From: Planctomycetota bacterium
GTDB lineage: Bacteria; Planctomycetota; UBA8108; SXIK01
Direction: 5' to 3'
Assembly: GCA_965223845.1 (NCBI GenBank)
Contig: CBDCXR010000004.1
Location: forward strand, 3,808,001 to 3,872,000
DNA length: 64,000 bases
Each line of letters opens with the position of its first letter. Position 1 is the first letter of the stretch. The position numbers and the translations under genes are program-made. Under the pieces are notes generated by a model, which saw nothing but the letters and a program-made list of their open reading frames with translations, searched no databases and was not told the origin of the DNA. Below, in pieces: positions 48,622-57,740 of this stretch.

Positions 48622-48939
48622 GCGGGTTTCACACCGGACTCGGTCGCCCGCGGGCGGGCCTCCGCCAGACGTCCGCAGCCCCGGGGCGCGAGTCGACGCC
48701 GGCGGGCCTCTCGTGCGCCCGGCTCGCGCCGACGCGAGCGGGATCCCCGACTTGCGGTCGATCCCGCTGCACTTCCGGCCGCCCGGATCCTCCTGCGGAT
48801 AGACGGCCGGTCCGGCCGAAAACGTGAGGGGTGCAGAATTCAGAATCTGAACGGGGCGGGACGTCCAGCGGGCGGGGCGGGAGGGAACGCGGCGCTCAGC
48901 GACAAGAGTCGCGCGCGCCGTGCGAAGGATCGAAACCGC
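48622..48939 (+). ncRNA. Putative structured 5' leader RNA of tsf
   Basis: Nested complementary segments closing the whole region (see findings); TTGACA at 48579-48584 upstream, with only a weak -10. Confidence 0.45.
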
Positions 48940-48963
48940 AAGCCAAACTGACGGAGCGGATCA

Positions 48964-49818
48964 ATGAGCGTCGATGCTAAGAGTGTCATGGAGCTGCGGA
49001 AGAAAACGGGTCTTCCGATGATGGACTGCAAACGCGCGCTCGTCGAAGCCGACGGCGACGGCGATAAGGCCTACGAGAACCTGCGCAAGGCAGGCCTCAA
49101 AGCGGTCGAGAAGCTCTCCGATCGAGCGGCGGACGACGGGCGCGTCGGAGCCGCCGTCAGCGACGACGGACGCGTGGGCGCGCTCGTCGTTCTCCGCTGC
49201 GAGACGGAACCCGTCGCGAAGAACGAGAAGTTCGTCGAGATCCTCGAACAGGTCACGGCGCTCGTCGTCGAGAAGGCGCCAGCGGATTCGGAGGCGCTGG
49301 GGGCGCTCAAACTCGCCTCTGGCGAAACCGTCGAAGAAGCCCGTACCGAACTCGTCAATCAGATTCGAGAGAACATCAATCTCGGCTCATTCGAGCGCTT
49401 CGAGAGCGACGCGGTCGTGCAGTACCTCCACTTCGACCTCAAGAAGGCGGGCATGGTCGCCTTTAAGGGAGGATCGGCCGCCGACGCGAAGGTCGCGGAG
49501 GTCGGAAAGGACGTGTGCATGCACATCGTCTCTCAGCGCCCCGCGGCACTTCGTCGCGATCGCCTCGATCCAGCGGTGATCGAGAACGAGCGCGAAATTC
49601 AGCTCGCACAGATGAAGGCCGATCCGAAGAACGCGAAGAAGCCCGAAGAGATCTTGAAGAAGATCATCGAGGGCAAGATGGACAAGTTCATCGCGTCCCT
49701 CTGCCTGCTCGAACAGCCGTTCGTAAAGAATCCAGACCTGACGGTCGAGCAGTACGTCGCCCAGTCCGGCGGCGGAATCGAGTTGGTCGACTTCGCGTAC
49801 GCGGCGACCGATCAATAG
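48964..49818 (+). CDS. tsf: Translation elongation factor Ts
   Basis: VMELRKKTGLPMMDCKRAL, LRCETEPVA, KDVCMHI, KPEEILKKIIEGK, LLEQPFVK. Confidence 0.96.
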   Translation: MSVDAKSVMELRKKTGLPMMDCKRALVEADGDGDKAYENLRKAGLKAVEKLSDRAADDGRVGAAVSDDGRVGALVVLRCETEPVAKNEKFVEILEQVTALVVEKAPADSEALGALKLASGETVEEARTELVNQIRENINLGSFERFESDAVVQYLHFDLKKAGMVAFKGGSAADAKVAEVGKDVCMHIVSQRPAALRRDRLDPAVIENEREIQLAQMKADPKNAKKPEEILKKIIEGKMDKFIASLCLLEQPFVKNPDLTVEQYVAQSGGGIELVDFAYAATDQ

Positions 49819-49841
49819 TCGGGACGCCGATCGAGACGACG

Positions 49842-49920
49842 CAAACGGCGCGAAGCTCTGCGCCCGAGCCTCGCGCCGTTTGTCTAGCGACCGCGGGAAG
49901 GTCGCTCCACGGTCGCTAGA
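49842..49920. terminator. Two tandem hairpins between convergent tsf and SDR
   Basis: caaacggcgcga / tcgcgccgtttg (49842-49882) and tctagcgaccg / cggtcgctaga (49883-49920). Confidence 0.65.
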
Positions 49921-50638
49921 ACGGTCGGCTGTCCCGCCGGCGAAGATAGATCTCGTCGATCGCCGCTCGCTCCGGAAGCGTGAGCAGAAACAACACGGTC
50001 CGGGCGACATCCTCCGGCGCGAGCAGGGTCGAGCGGTCGAGGTCGGGGCGGGCGGCGGCGATCATCGGCGTGTCGACGCCGCCGGGGAGGACGGTGCTCA
50101 CTCGAACGCCGTACTCCGCGGCCTCGACCGCGAGGGTCTTCGTGAGCCCGTGAACGGCGTGCTTGCTCGCGACGTAGGCACCTTGATCCGGGTAGCCGCG
50201 AAAGCCGACGACGCTGCCGATCGTAATGATCGCACCGCCGCGCGAGCGCATCGCGCGTAGCGCCCGGCGGCAGCAGAGAAACGTGCCGCGGACGTTGACG
50301 GCGAGTGCGTTGTCGAGATCCTCGGGTGAGAGATCGAGTAGCGCACCGAACGCGCCGACTCCAGCGTTCGCGATGAGGATATCGAGCGGGCCGAGCTCGT
50401 TTTCGACCTGCGCGAACGCGAGCTCGACGCGATTCGGATCGGCGATGTCGCACGCGAGCGAGATCGCCTCTCCTCCGCCCGCGCGAATCTCGTCCGCCAC
50501 GCGACGAACGTCATCTTCGCTGCGCGCGGCCACGCCGACCCGCGCGCCGGCTTCAGCGAGCGCGAGCGCGATGGCCCGACCGATTCCCCGGCCGCCGCCG
50601 GTGACGAGGGCGATCTTTCCCGCAAGGGGTTTGCTCAT
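49916..50638 (-). CDS. Short-chain dehydrogenase/reductase
   Basis: TGGGRGIG, ANAG, catalytic YVASK, PGGVDT. Confidence 0.93.
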   Translation of the reverse strand: MSKPLAGKIALVTGGGRGIGRAIALALAEAGARVGVAARSEDDVRRVADEIRAGGGEAISLACDIADPNRVELAFAQVENELGPLDILIANAGVGAFGALLDLSPEDLDNALAVNVRGTFLCCRRALRAMRSRGGAIITIGSVVGFRGYPDQGAYVASKHAVHGLTKTLAVEAAEYGVRVSTVLPGGVDTPMIAAARPDLDRSTLLAPEDVARTVLFLLTLPERAAIDEIYLRRRDSRPF

Positions 50639-50676
50639 GCCGGGCCGTGATGCGGCGTCAACCGCGGCTGCCTTTC

Positions 50677-50955
50677 TCAGGCGCCCGGAGTTTCCGCTGC
50701 GCTCTCGCGCTCGGAATCTCCCGCGTCGGTCGCGCGGCTGCACTCGAGCTCCGCGGTCGAGCTCACCCCGTCCGGGAGCACCGCGTCGTCGACGAGCATG
50801 TTGGGCACGCCGTCCTCGACGCGGTAGCCGGCGCCGCAGCGCGTGCAGACGAGGAGGTCACCCTCGACGCGGAGGGGCGCCTTTCCCAGCGGACAAACGA
50901 GAATATCGAGGAGGTCGCGCGGAAGCGCGGCCGCGCCGGTCGGAGATTCGCTCAT
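50677..50955 (-). CDS. Trm112 family (UPF0434) protein
   Basis: LLDILVCPLGK...LVCTRCG..YRVEDGVPNML. Confidence 0.88.
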   Translation of the reverse strand: MSESPTGAAALPRDLLDILVCPLGKAPLRVEGDLLVCTRCGAGYRVEDGVPNMLVDDAVLPDGVSSTAELECSRATDAGDSERESAAETPGA

Positions 50956-51042
50956 CGGTTGCGTCCGGTGTTCATTCTGATTTCGGAGGACGTTCCCGCA
51001 GGGACGCGCATCGCCCTCCCGTGATTCGTCGGTTCGATCGCT

Positions 51043-52239
51043 CTATCGCCGCGCGTGGGCCGACCGAGCGTCGAGCCAAGCACCGCCGTCCTTCGAGCTC
51101 GCGACGCACTGCTCGATGAAGAACATTCCCTCGGCGCCGTCGTAGACGTTCGGATACACCGTGTCGCGAGTTTCGAAGGACTTCCCTTCCGCGCGATCGG
51201 CCATCGCATCGTATGCGCTGCGGTAAACGTTTGCGAATGCTTCGAAAAACGCTTCGGGATGTCCACTCGGAAGCCGACACGCCGCCTGCCCGCTCGCGTT
51301 CATGAAGGGCGCGTTCGGGTCTCGCGTGTAGAGCTTGTGCGGTTCGCCGTTCTTCCGCACGACGAGCACGTTCGGCTCCTCCTGTCGCCACTGGAGCGCT
51401 CCTTTGGTGCCGTCCACCTCGATGAAGAGGTCGTTCTCACGCCCGTGCGAAATCTGTGACGCCGTCACCGTACCGAGACCGCCGTTTTCGAGCTCGAGCA
51501 CCGCGTGGCCGTAATCGTCGAGCGCGCGACCCTCGACGAGGACGCGGAGATTGCAGGAGATTCGCGACGGAAGGACGCCCGACATATAGCGGCCGAGATT
51601 GTAGGCGTGGGTTCCGATGTCTCCGAAGCAGCCCGCGGCACCGGACTTCTTCGGATCGGTGCGCCACGTCGCCTGCTTCTGCCCGTCCGATTCGAGTCGG
51701 GTTCGCAGCCAACCCTGGATGTAGCTCGATCGAATCGCTTGGATCTCACCGAGCTCATCCGATTGAATCATCTCGCGCGCCTGACGTACGAGCGGGTAGC
51801 CCGTGTAGTTGTGCGTCACCGCGAAAACGACGCCGGAGTTTTCGACGATTTCGACGAGCTCGTTCGCCTGCGCGAGATCGAACGTCATCGGCTTGTCGCA
51901 GAGCACGTTGAAGCCGGCTTCGACCGCGGCCTTGGCGATAGGGAAATGCGTGTGATTCGGCGTCGCGATCGTCACGAAATCGATGCGCTCGCCCTCCGGA
52001 AGCTTGCGCTCCGATTCGAGCATCTCCTCGAACGAACCGTACGCGCGCTCCGGGGAAATGCCGTACTCCGGAGCGGATTCCTTGCTCACCTGCGGATCGG
52101 ACGACAGCGCTCCCGCCACGAGCTCGGCCCGGTTGTCGAGGACTGCCGCGGTGACGTGAACTCGTCCGATGAACGATCCGCGCCCGCCGCCTACGAGCGC
52201 CATGCGCAGCTTACGATTCAAGTTCCCGTTGAGTGGCAT
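51043..52239 (-). CDS. Cytoplasmic Gfo/Idh/MocA oxidoreductase
   Basis: [42 protein letters not shown]. Confidence 0.92.
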   Translation of the reverse strand: MPLNGNLNRKLRMALVGGGRGSFIGRVHVTAAVLDNRAELVAGALSSDPQVSKESAPEYGISPERAYGSFEEMLESERKLPEGERIDFVTIATPNHTHFPIAKAAVEAGFNVLCDKPMTFDLAQANELVEIVENSGVVFAVTHNYTGYPLVRQAREMIQSDELGEIQAIRSSYIQGWLRTRLESDGQKQATWRTDPKKSGAAGCFGDIGTHAYNLGRYMSGVLPSRISCNLRVLVEGRALDDYGHAVLELENGGLGTVTASQISHGRENDLFIEVDGTKGALQWRQEEPNVLVVRKNGEPHKLYTRDPNAPFMNASGQAACRLPSGHPEAFFEAFANVYRSAYDAMADRAEGKSFETRDTVYPNVYDGAEGMFFIEQCVASSKDGGAWLDARSAHARR

Positions 52240-52571
52240 CCCGAAGACTCCCTGATCGTCGTGACGAGTGGAAACGCAAAACTGAACGCAGCTCGAGTCC
52301 GGCCGGATCCGAAGAGCTCAAGAAAACGTCATCTCACAAGCCGAGTGCGCCGCCGGGGCATGGCCAAGATCGAGCTAAGGCCAGCGAGTGTAGAAAAAAG
52401 CCCATCGGCTGTCTAACCCGAATTTCGTCGGTGCGGGCGAGCGCGTTCGCGAGTCCCTCCGGGTCTCGATTCCGCGTCCGGAGCACTCGGGGTTATGATC
52501 GGGGCACCTCCGCTCGGTGGGAGGATCGAACCAAAGATCGACGCTTCGTTTCGGCTGATGCATCCCGAGTC

Positions 52572-53813
52572 ATGTCCGACCGCCCCACCGCTCAGCGCTG
52601 GATTCTGCACGTCGATATGGACGCGTTCTACGCGGCGATCGAAATCCTCGATCGCCCCGAGCTCGCCGAGCGTCCGGTGATCGTCGGCGGGACCCCCGAA
52701 GGCCACGGAGTGGTGTCGACCGCGAACTACATCGCGCGCCGCTACGGAATCCACAGCGCTCTCCCCGCGGCCCGCGCCGTTCGACTCTGTCCGCACGGAG
52801 TCTTCCTCCCGCCCCGCCCCGAGCGGTATCGCGAAGAATCGCGTCGCGTATTCGGACTCTTTCGCGCCATCACCCCCGTCGTGGAGCCGCTCTCGATCGA
52901 CGAGGCGTTCCTGGATATCACGGGTTGCTCGCCGATCGTGCGTGGCGACGAACCAGCCGCGGTCGCGATCGCACGTGAGCTCCAGGAACGAGTCCGCTCT
53001 GAGACCGGCGGCCTCACTTGTTCGGTGGGCATCGCCGAGAACAAGTTCCTCGCCAAGCTCGCGAGTGACCTCGAGAAACCGAACGGACTCGTCCTCGTGC
53101 CGCGGGGCGAGGCGGAGGAGTTTCTCGCACCGCTCTCGATTGGAAGACTCTGGGGCGTCGGACCGAAGACGGCGGAGCGCCTCGAACGCGAAGGCTGGTT
53201 TCGCATCGGCGATCTTCAGCGCGCCGGGATCGAACGCCTCGAAGCGGTGGTCGGTCGAGAGCACGGGGCGCATCTATTCGCGCTCGCGCGAGGAATCGAT
53301 CGACGGAAGGTCCGTCCGGACCGGGAGGCGAAGTCCGTGAGCAGTGAGGTCACGTTCGCCGAATTCATCCCCGCCCGAGACGAAGAGCGCCTGTTCGACG
53401 TCCTCTTTGCCCTTTCGCACGATGTCGCGCGGCGTCTCCGGCGCTCGGGACTCTGGGGTCAGACCGTCGTCCTCAAAGTCCGCGACGCGGCGTTTCGAAC
53501 TCTGACGCGAACGAGTCGGCGGGACGCTCCCGTCCAGACCGTCGAAGACATCTTCGGCGCGGCCTCGACCCTCTACCGAGAGCGGGTCGAGCTCCATCGT
53601 CGCGTGCGACTCCTCGGCGTCGGCGTGACGCAGCTCTCGACGGAGGCTCTCCGCCAGCTCGAGCTCTTCACCGGCGAACGCGACCGGGATCGCACGCGCG
53701 CCAGTGATCTTGCGCGCGTCGAAGACGCCGTCCGGGCGAAGCTCGGCGCGGGACGCATTACGCGCGCGCGACTTCTCGGACGGACGCGGCGAGGAAGGCC
53801 CGACGAGGCTTGA
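52572..53813 (+). CDS. dinB: DNA polymerase IV (Y family)
   Basis: ILHVDMDAFYA, STANY.AR.YGI, EPLSIDEAFLD, KLASDLEKPNG, LWGVG, VRLLGVG. Confidence 0.95.
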   Translation: MSDRPTAQRWILHVDMDAFYAAIEILDRPELAERPVIVGGTPEGHGVVSTANYIARRYGIHSALPAARAVRLCPHGVFLPPRPERYREESRRVFGLFRAITPVVEPLSIDEAFLDITGCSPIVRGDEPAAVAIARELQERVRSETGGLTCSVGIAENKFLAKLASDLEKPNGLVLVPRGEAEEFLAPLSIGRLWGVGPKTAERLEREGWFRIGDLQRAGIERLEAVVGREHGAHLFALARGIDRRKVRPDREAKSVSSEVTFAEFIPARDEERLFDVLFALSHDVARRLRRSGLWGQTVVLKVRDAAFRTLTRTSRRDAPVQTVEDIFGAASTLYRERVELHRRVRLLGVGVTQLSTEALRQLELFTGERDRDRTRASDLARVEDAVRAKLGAGRITRARLLGRTRRGRPDEA

Positions 53814-54033
53814 GCACGCCCGCGGGAAGGCGAGTCCCCGGCTCTCGGCGGCGGCATCGAGCAAAACAAGGATGAGCCGATGCCGACTCGAGGATCGTCA
53901 GATCTTGTCGCGATTCGAAGTCGAGTTTTCCCCCGGCCGGGAATCGGAGTTATGAAGAAGGAGTCCTCCCGCCGGGCGGGGTTCGACTCACCCCGGCGCG
54001 GAGTTCCACCATTCTTCACCGCGGAACGCCTTC

Positions 54034-57000
54034 ATGAATTCCTCGACGACTCGCCGCTGGCGATCGAGTGCAGCATGGACGGTCGCGATTTTCGCGATTC
54101 TCGCCGCCGCAGTTTTCTACCTGCTTCGACCGCCCGCACTCGACCCCGGTGAGGAACCCGACGGGGAGCCGCTCGCGGGCCTCGAGGACGCGGCCCCTCC
54201 GCTCGCGAGCGGGGAGCGGCCGGACGCGGCTCCGAATCCGGGCGGCAGCTCGGCGACGACGGTGGTCGAAGACGTCGAGCCTCCGACGCCGCTCCTCAAC
54301 GGCACGATCACCGGCGACGGCGCCGCGGTTCCCGACGCATCCGTGATTCTCCTCTCGGTCGATGCTATCGAGTCGAGCCTGCGCCGGCTCGAGCGCTTCG
54401 TGCCGCGATCCGATTCGATCCCGGCCATCGAACCGATCCTCAGCGCGCTCCGCGATGAGATCCTCGGCCTCCGGCGACGAGCAGCGACCGCGGCGACGGA
54501 CGCGAGCGGCTACTACGAGTTCCACGATCTCGACGAGGGGGGCCACATCGTCCTCGCCGTCTCGCCCGAATGGAGATTCAAGTACGGGGACGTCGTCAGT
54601 ATCGCCCGCGGCGAAGAACGTCGGCTCGATCTCGCACTCGCCCGCGGCGAGTCGATCTCGGGTCGCGTCGTCGGGACCGACGGTCTTCCGCGAGCGGGAG
54701 CGACCGTCACCGCCGCGTTCCGGCCTCCCGGGATGGCAGGGCTCAGTCGAATCATTCACCGCGGGCTCCAGTACCTGAACGGCGAGCTCCTTCGCGGCCC
54801 GTTCGTGGCGACGACCGGGGCGGACGGGGAGTTCGAGATCGGGGGCCTCCTCCCGGGCGTCTACGACATCTCCGCCGAGATCGTCGATGGCGTTCTCGGG
54901 GTCACACGCGGCGTCGAGACCGGTCGGAGCGGAGTCATCGTCACGCTCGGTGAGCCGGCTCAGATCACCGGCGTCGTCATCGACGAGAACGGCATCCCCG
55001 TGTCGCACGTCGAGCTGCGCGTGGAGGCAGAGGCCGAACGGGTTCAGCTCCCTCTCGCGTTCGCTTCCTTCGGCGACGCGGCGAATACCGTCTTCGCCGC
55101 GCTAGGCGAAGGCCCGCGCGCGGCGGAGACGTCCGGCGCGGGGAGATTTCGCTTCCAGCGCCTTGAGCCGGGCCGCTATCGACTCTCGTGCCAAAGCGCG
55201 GGCTTTCTCCCCCACCAGCAGTCGGTCGACGTCGATTGGGGCGAGCGCAAAGAGGTCGAGCCGATCACGCTAGGTCGCGGCGCTACGATCACGGGCGTCG
55301 TTCGGAACCCGCACGGAGCGTCGCTCGAAGGCGCCGCCGTATTCGCGATTCCGAAGGACGTCAACTTCATGAATATGGGACTCGTCATGAAGGACGTGAT
55401 CAGTCGCCGCGTCACCGCGAAGACGGGACCGGATGGGGTCTTCCGTCTCTCGGGTCTCGTGGGAGGCACCTACGAAGTCACCGCGACACACGACCATCAC
55501 GCGTCGGACCGCCATCGCATTCGTGCGCCGAACGCCGAGCCGGTCGAGTTCATTCTCGAGGTTGGTCTCCGGGTATCCGGGCGCGTACGCGACACTGCGG
55601 GCGAGCCGATCGCCGGGGCCCGCGTCCGCGCGAACCGCGAATCGACGACCACGGACGGCGAAGGCGCGTTCGAGATCGACGGCGTCGTCGTCTCGAACGG
55701 AAACAGCGGCCCGTTTTGGAACGGCCGGCTGCGCGAGAGGAGAGAGATTCGCATCGAAGCGTCACAGGACGGCTTTCGCCCCGCGAGTGTCCGACTCGCC
55801 GAGGAGGATCGTCTCGACGAGGTCGAGCTCACGCTCGAACGCGCTCCGAGGATCCGGGGTACGGTCGTCGATTCCGCCGGCGAGCCCGTGCCGGGCACGA
55901 TTCTCCGATTGACGCCCGAGCTGCCGGAGGAGTTTCGGGCCGGTGTGCTTCCGCGGTTCGGGATCGACGCCGGGATGATCTTCTTCGGGGTCACCGTGGC
56001 CGACGCCGACGGAAAGTTCGATTTTCAGTCGTATCGCTCGTTCGGCGATATCGACGCGATCGAGGTTCTCGCGACCCACCCGGAGTTCACGAACACCCGA
56101 TCGGAGGGAATCGATCTCGGTGGCGACGATGTCGACGTCGAAATCCGTCTCGTCCGTGGCGGGACGATTTCCGGAAGGGTGAGCGACGGCAGCTCTCCCC
56201 TGAGCGGCGCGACGGTGCAGCTGCGGCGAGTCGTCGAGGGTGACGAGGAGGTCGAGGAGATGGAGAGGGTGTTCGGTTTCCTCGGCCTCCCGAAGGGCGG
56301 CGAGGAAGCCTACACAGACAAAAACGGAAGGTTTGTCTATGCGCAAGTCGAGAGCGGCGACTACCTGATCTCCGCGGCGATGCCTCATTTTGTCGAATCG
56401 CCGGAGCAGCCCATTCGCGTCGATGTCGATGCCGAACTCGATCTCGACATCGTCGTCGACGTCGGGGAGATGATCTCCGGCGCCGTGGTCGACGCCGGGG
56501 GCGGGCCGGTGGCGGGGGCGCGCGTCCGCATCCTCCGCGAACCCGAGGTCGGGACGCGAAGCGACCGCGACCAGTTTCAGTTCGAGAAGGCGTTCGGCGG
56601 CGCACTCAAACGGACGAACGTGGACGTCGAAGGGCGGTTCGAATTCCCGGGTCTCCGCGCCGGGAGCTACACGGTGATCGCCTCGGCCGACGGTTTCGCC
56701 GACGCCGAACAGCGCGGCGTCGAAGCGGGAGGGCGGGAGCTCGAGTTCACGCTCGCTGCAGCCGCGGCGCTCGTCGTGCGCGTTCGCGATGCGGTCGACG
56801 GCGCGCCGCTCGGTGGATTCACGCTCAGTCTCCAGTCTCTCGACAGCGAGACGGACGACGACGACGTCGACTTCAGCGGACCTTGGAATCGGGCTCGTTC
56901 CGCCGGGAACGCCGACGGCACTCAATCGTCCCGAAACCTCGCCCCGGGCGAGTACCGCGCGACCGTCGGCCTCGCCGGGTACGTCTCGGCGAGCCAGACG

Positions 57001-57669
57001 CTCGAGCTCGCGTCGGGCGAGACCGCGACCATCGATTTCGATCTCGCGCGCGGAATCTCCGTTTTGGGGACGATTGTCGACGCGGCGACACAGCAGCCGA
57101 TCGATGACGCCGAGGTCCTTCTCACCTCGCGAACACCCGAATTCCCCGCCGGCCCCGACCCGAGGGAGGCGACGCCCGAAGAAGTCGCCGCGGACGACGA
57201 GCGCGCGCTGCGGCGCCTGTGGAGCCGCAGCGACGAGAGCGAGTGGAGCGACGACAGCAACTCGCGCGGGGAGTTTCAGATCCGCGACGTGCCGCTCGAT
57301 GTCGCCGCCGCGACGGTCGTCCATTCAGAGTTCGTGCCGCAGGTCGTCTCGCCGCTCGTAGTCGCGCGCGGAGAAGACACGACGCTCCAGATTCAGCTCC
57401 GGCGGGGCTACACGGTCGACGGACGCGTCCTCGATGCAGGAGACGACGGTATCTCCGGTCGGTTCCTCTTTCTCCGCGGCGTGGACGCGGAGAACGCCCA
57501 CATCCGGAAGACCGCGGCGACGAACGGCGAAGGCGGCTTCCGCTTTGCCGGACTCGCCGCGGGGTCGTATCGCATCCTCTGCCCGAATCGGAACGGGCCG
57601 CCGGTCACGCCGCTTCACCTAAGCGTGGCGGGCAACCGAACGGTCGAGCTCCGTGCGACGGGCGAGTGA
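54034..57669 (+). CDS. Membrane-anchored surface protein with 11 carboxypeptidase-regulatory-like beta-sandwich repeats
   Basis: N-terminal TM helix; repeated I.G.V.D..G.P..GA.V ... T...G.F...GL..G.Y. Confidence 0.85.
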   Translation: MNSSTTRRWRSSAAWTVAIFAILAAAVFYLLRPPALDPGEEPDGEPLAGLEDAAPPLASGERPDAAPNPGGSSATTVVEDVEPPTPLLNGTITGDGAAVPDASVILLSVDAIESSLRRLERFVPRSDSIPAIEPILSALRDEILGLRRRAATAATDASGYYEFHDLDEGGHIVLAVSPEWRFKYGDVVSIARGEERRLDLALARGESISGRVVGTDGLPRAGATVTAAFRPPGMAGLSRIIHRGLQYLNGELLRGPFVATTGADGEFEIGGLLPGVYDISAEIVDGVLGVTRGVETGRSGVIVTLGEPAQITGVVIDENGIPVSHVELRVEAEAERVQLPLAFASFGDAANTVFAALGEGPRAAETSGAGRFRFQRLEPGRYRLSCQSAGFLPHQQSVDVDWGERKEVEPITLGRGATITGVVRNPHGASLEGAAVFAIPKDVNFMNMGLVMKDVISRRVTAKTGPDGVFRLSGLVGGTYEVTATHDHHASDRHRIRAPNAEPVEFILEVGLRVSGRVRDTAGEPIAGARVRANRESTTTDGEGAFEIDGVVVSNGNSGPFWNGRLRERREIRIEASQDGFRPASVRLAEEDRLDEVELTLERAPRIRGTVVDSAGEPVPGTILRLTPELPEEFRAGVLPRFGIDAGMIFFGVTVADADGKFDFQSYRSFGDIDAIEVLATHPEFTNTRSEGIDLGGDDVDVEIRLVRGGTISGRVSDGSSPLSGATVQLRRVVEGDEEVEEMERVFGFLGLPKGGEEAYTDKNGRFVYAQVESGDYLISAAMPHFVESPEQPIRVDVDAELDLDIVVDVGEMISGAVVDAGGGPVAGARVRILREPEVGTRSDRDQFQFEKAFGGALKRTNVDVEGRFEFPGLRAGSYTVIASADGFADAEQRGVEAGGRELEFTLAAAAALVVRVRDAVDGAPLGGFTLSLQSLDSETDDDDVDFSGPWNRARSAGNADGTQSSRNLAPGEYRATVGLAGYVSASQTLELASGETATIDFDLARGISVLGTIVDAATQQPIDDAEVLLTSRTPEFPAGPDPREATPEEVAADDERALRRLWSRSDESEWSDDSNSRGEFQIRDVPLDVAAATVVHSEFVPQVVSPLVVARGEDTTLQIQLRRGYTVDGRVLDAGDDGISGRFLFLRGVDAENAHIRKTAATNGEGGFRFAGLAAGSYRILCPNRNGPPVTPLHLSVAGNRTVELRATGE

Positions 57670-57740
57670 GCTCGAACGGAACGCGCCCTCGCTCCGGTGG
57701 AGCCCGCGCGGCTCCGCGGAGCGCTCGAATCGGATGCGGA

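Noticed and set aside
48622-48939. RNase P RNA, tmRNA or SRP RNA as the identity of the structured region
   Set aside because: No GAGGAAAGTCC, no tRNA-like ends with CCA, and no SRP GGAAGGAAGCAGC-like loop on either strand.
52240-52571. SOS/LexA box upstream of dinB
   Set aside because: No palindrome matching a LexA box I know; only a TATGAT -10-like hexamer at 52494.
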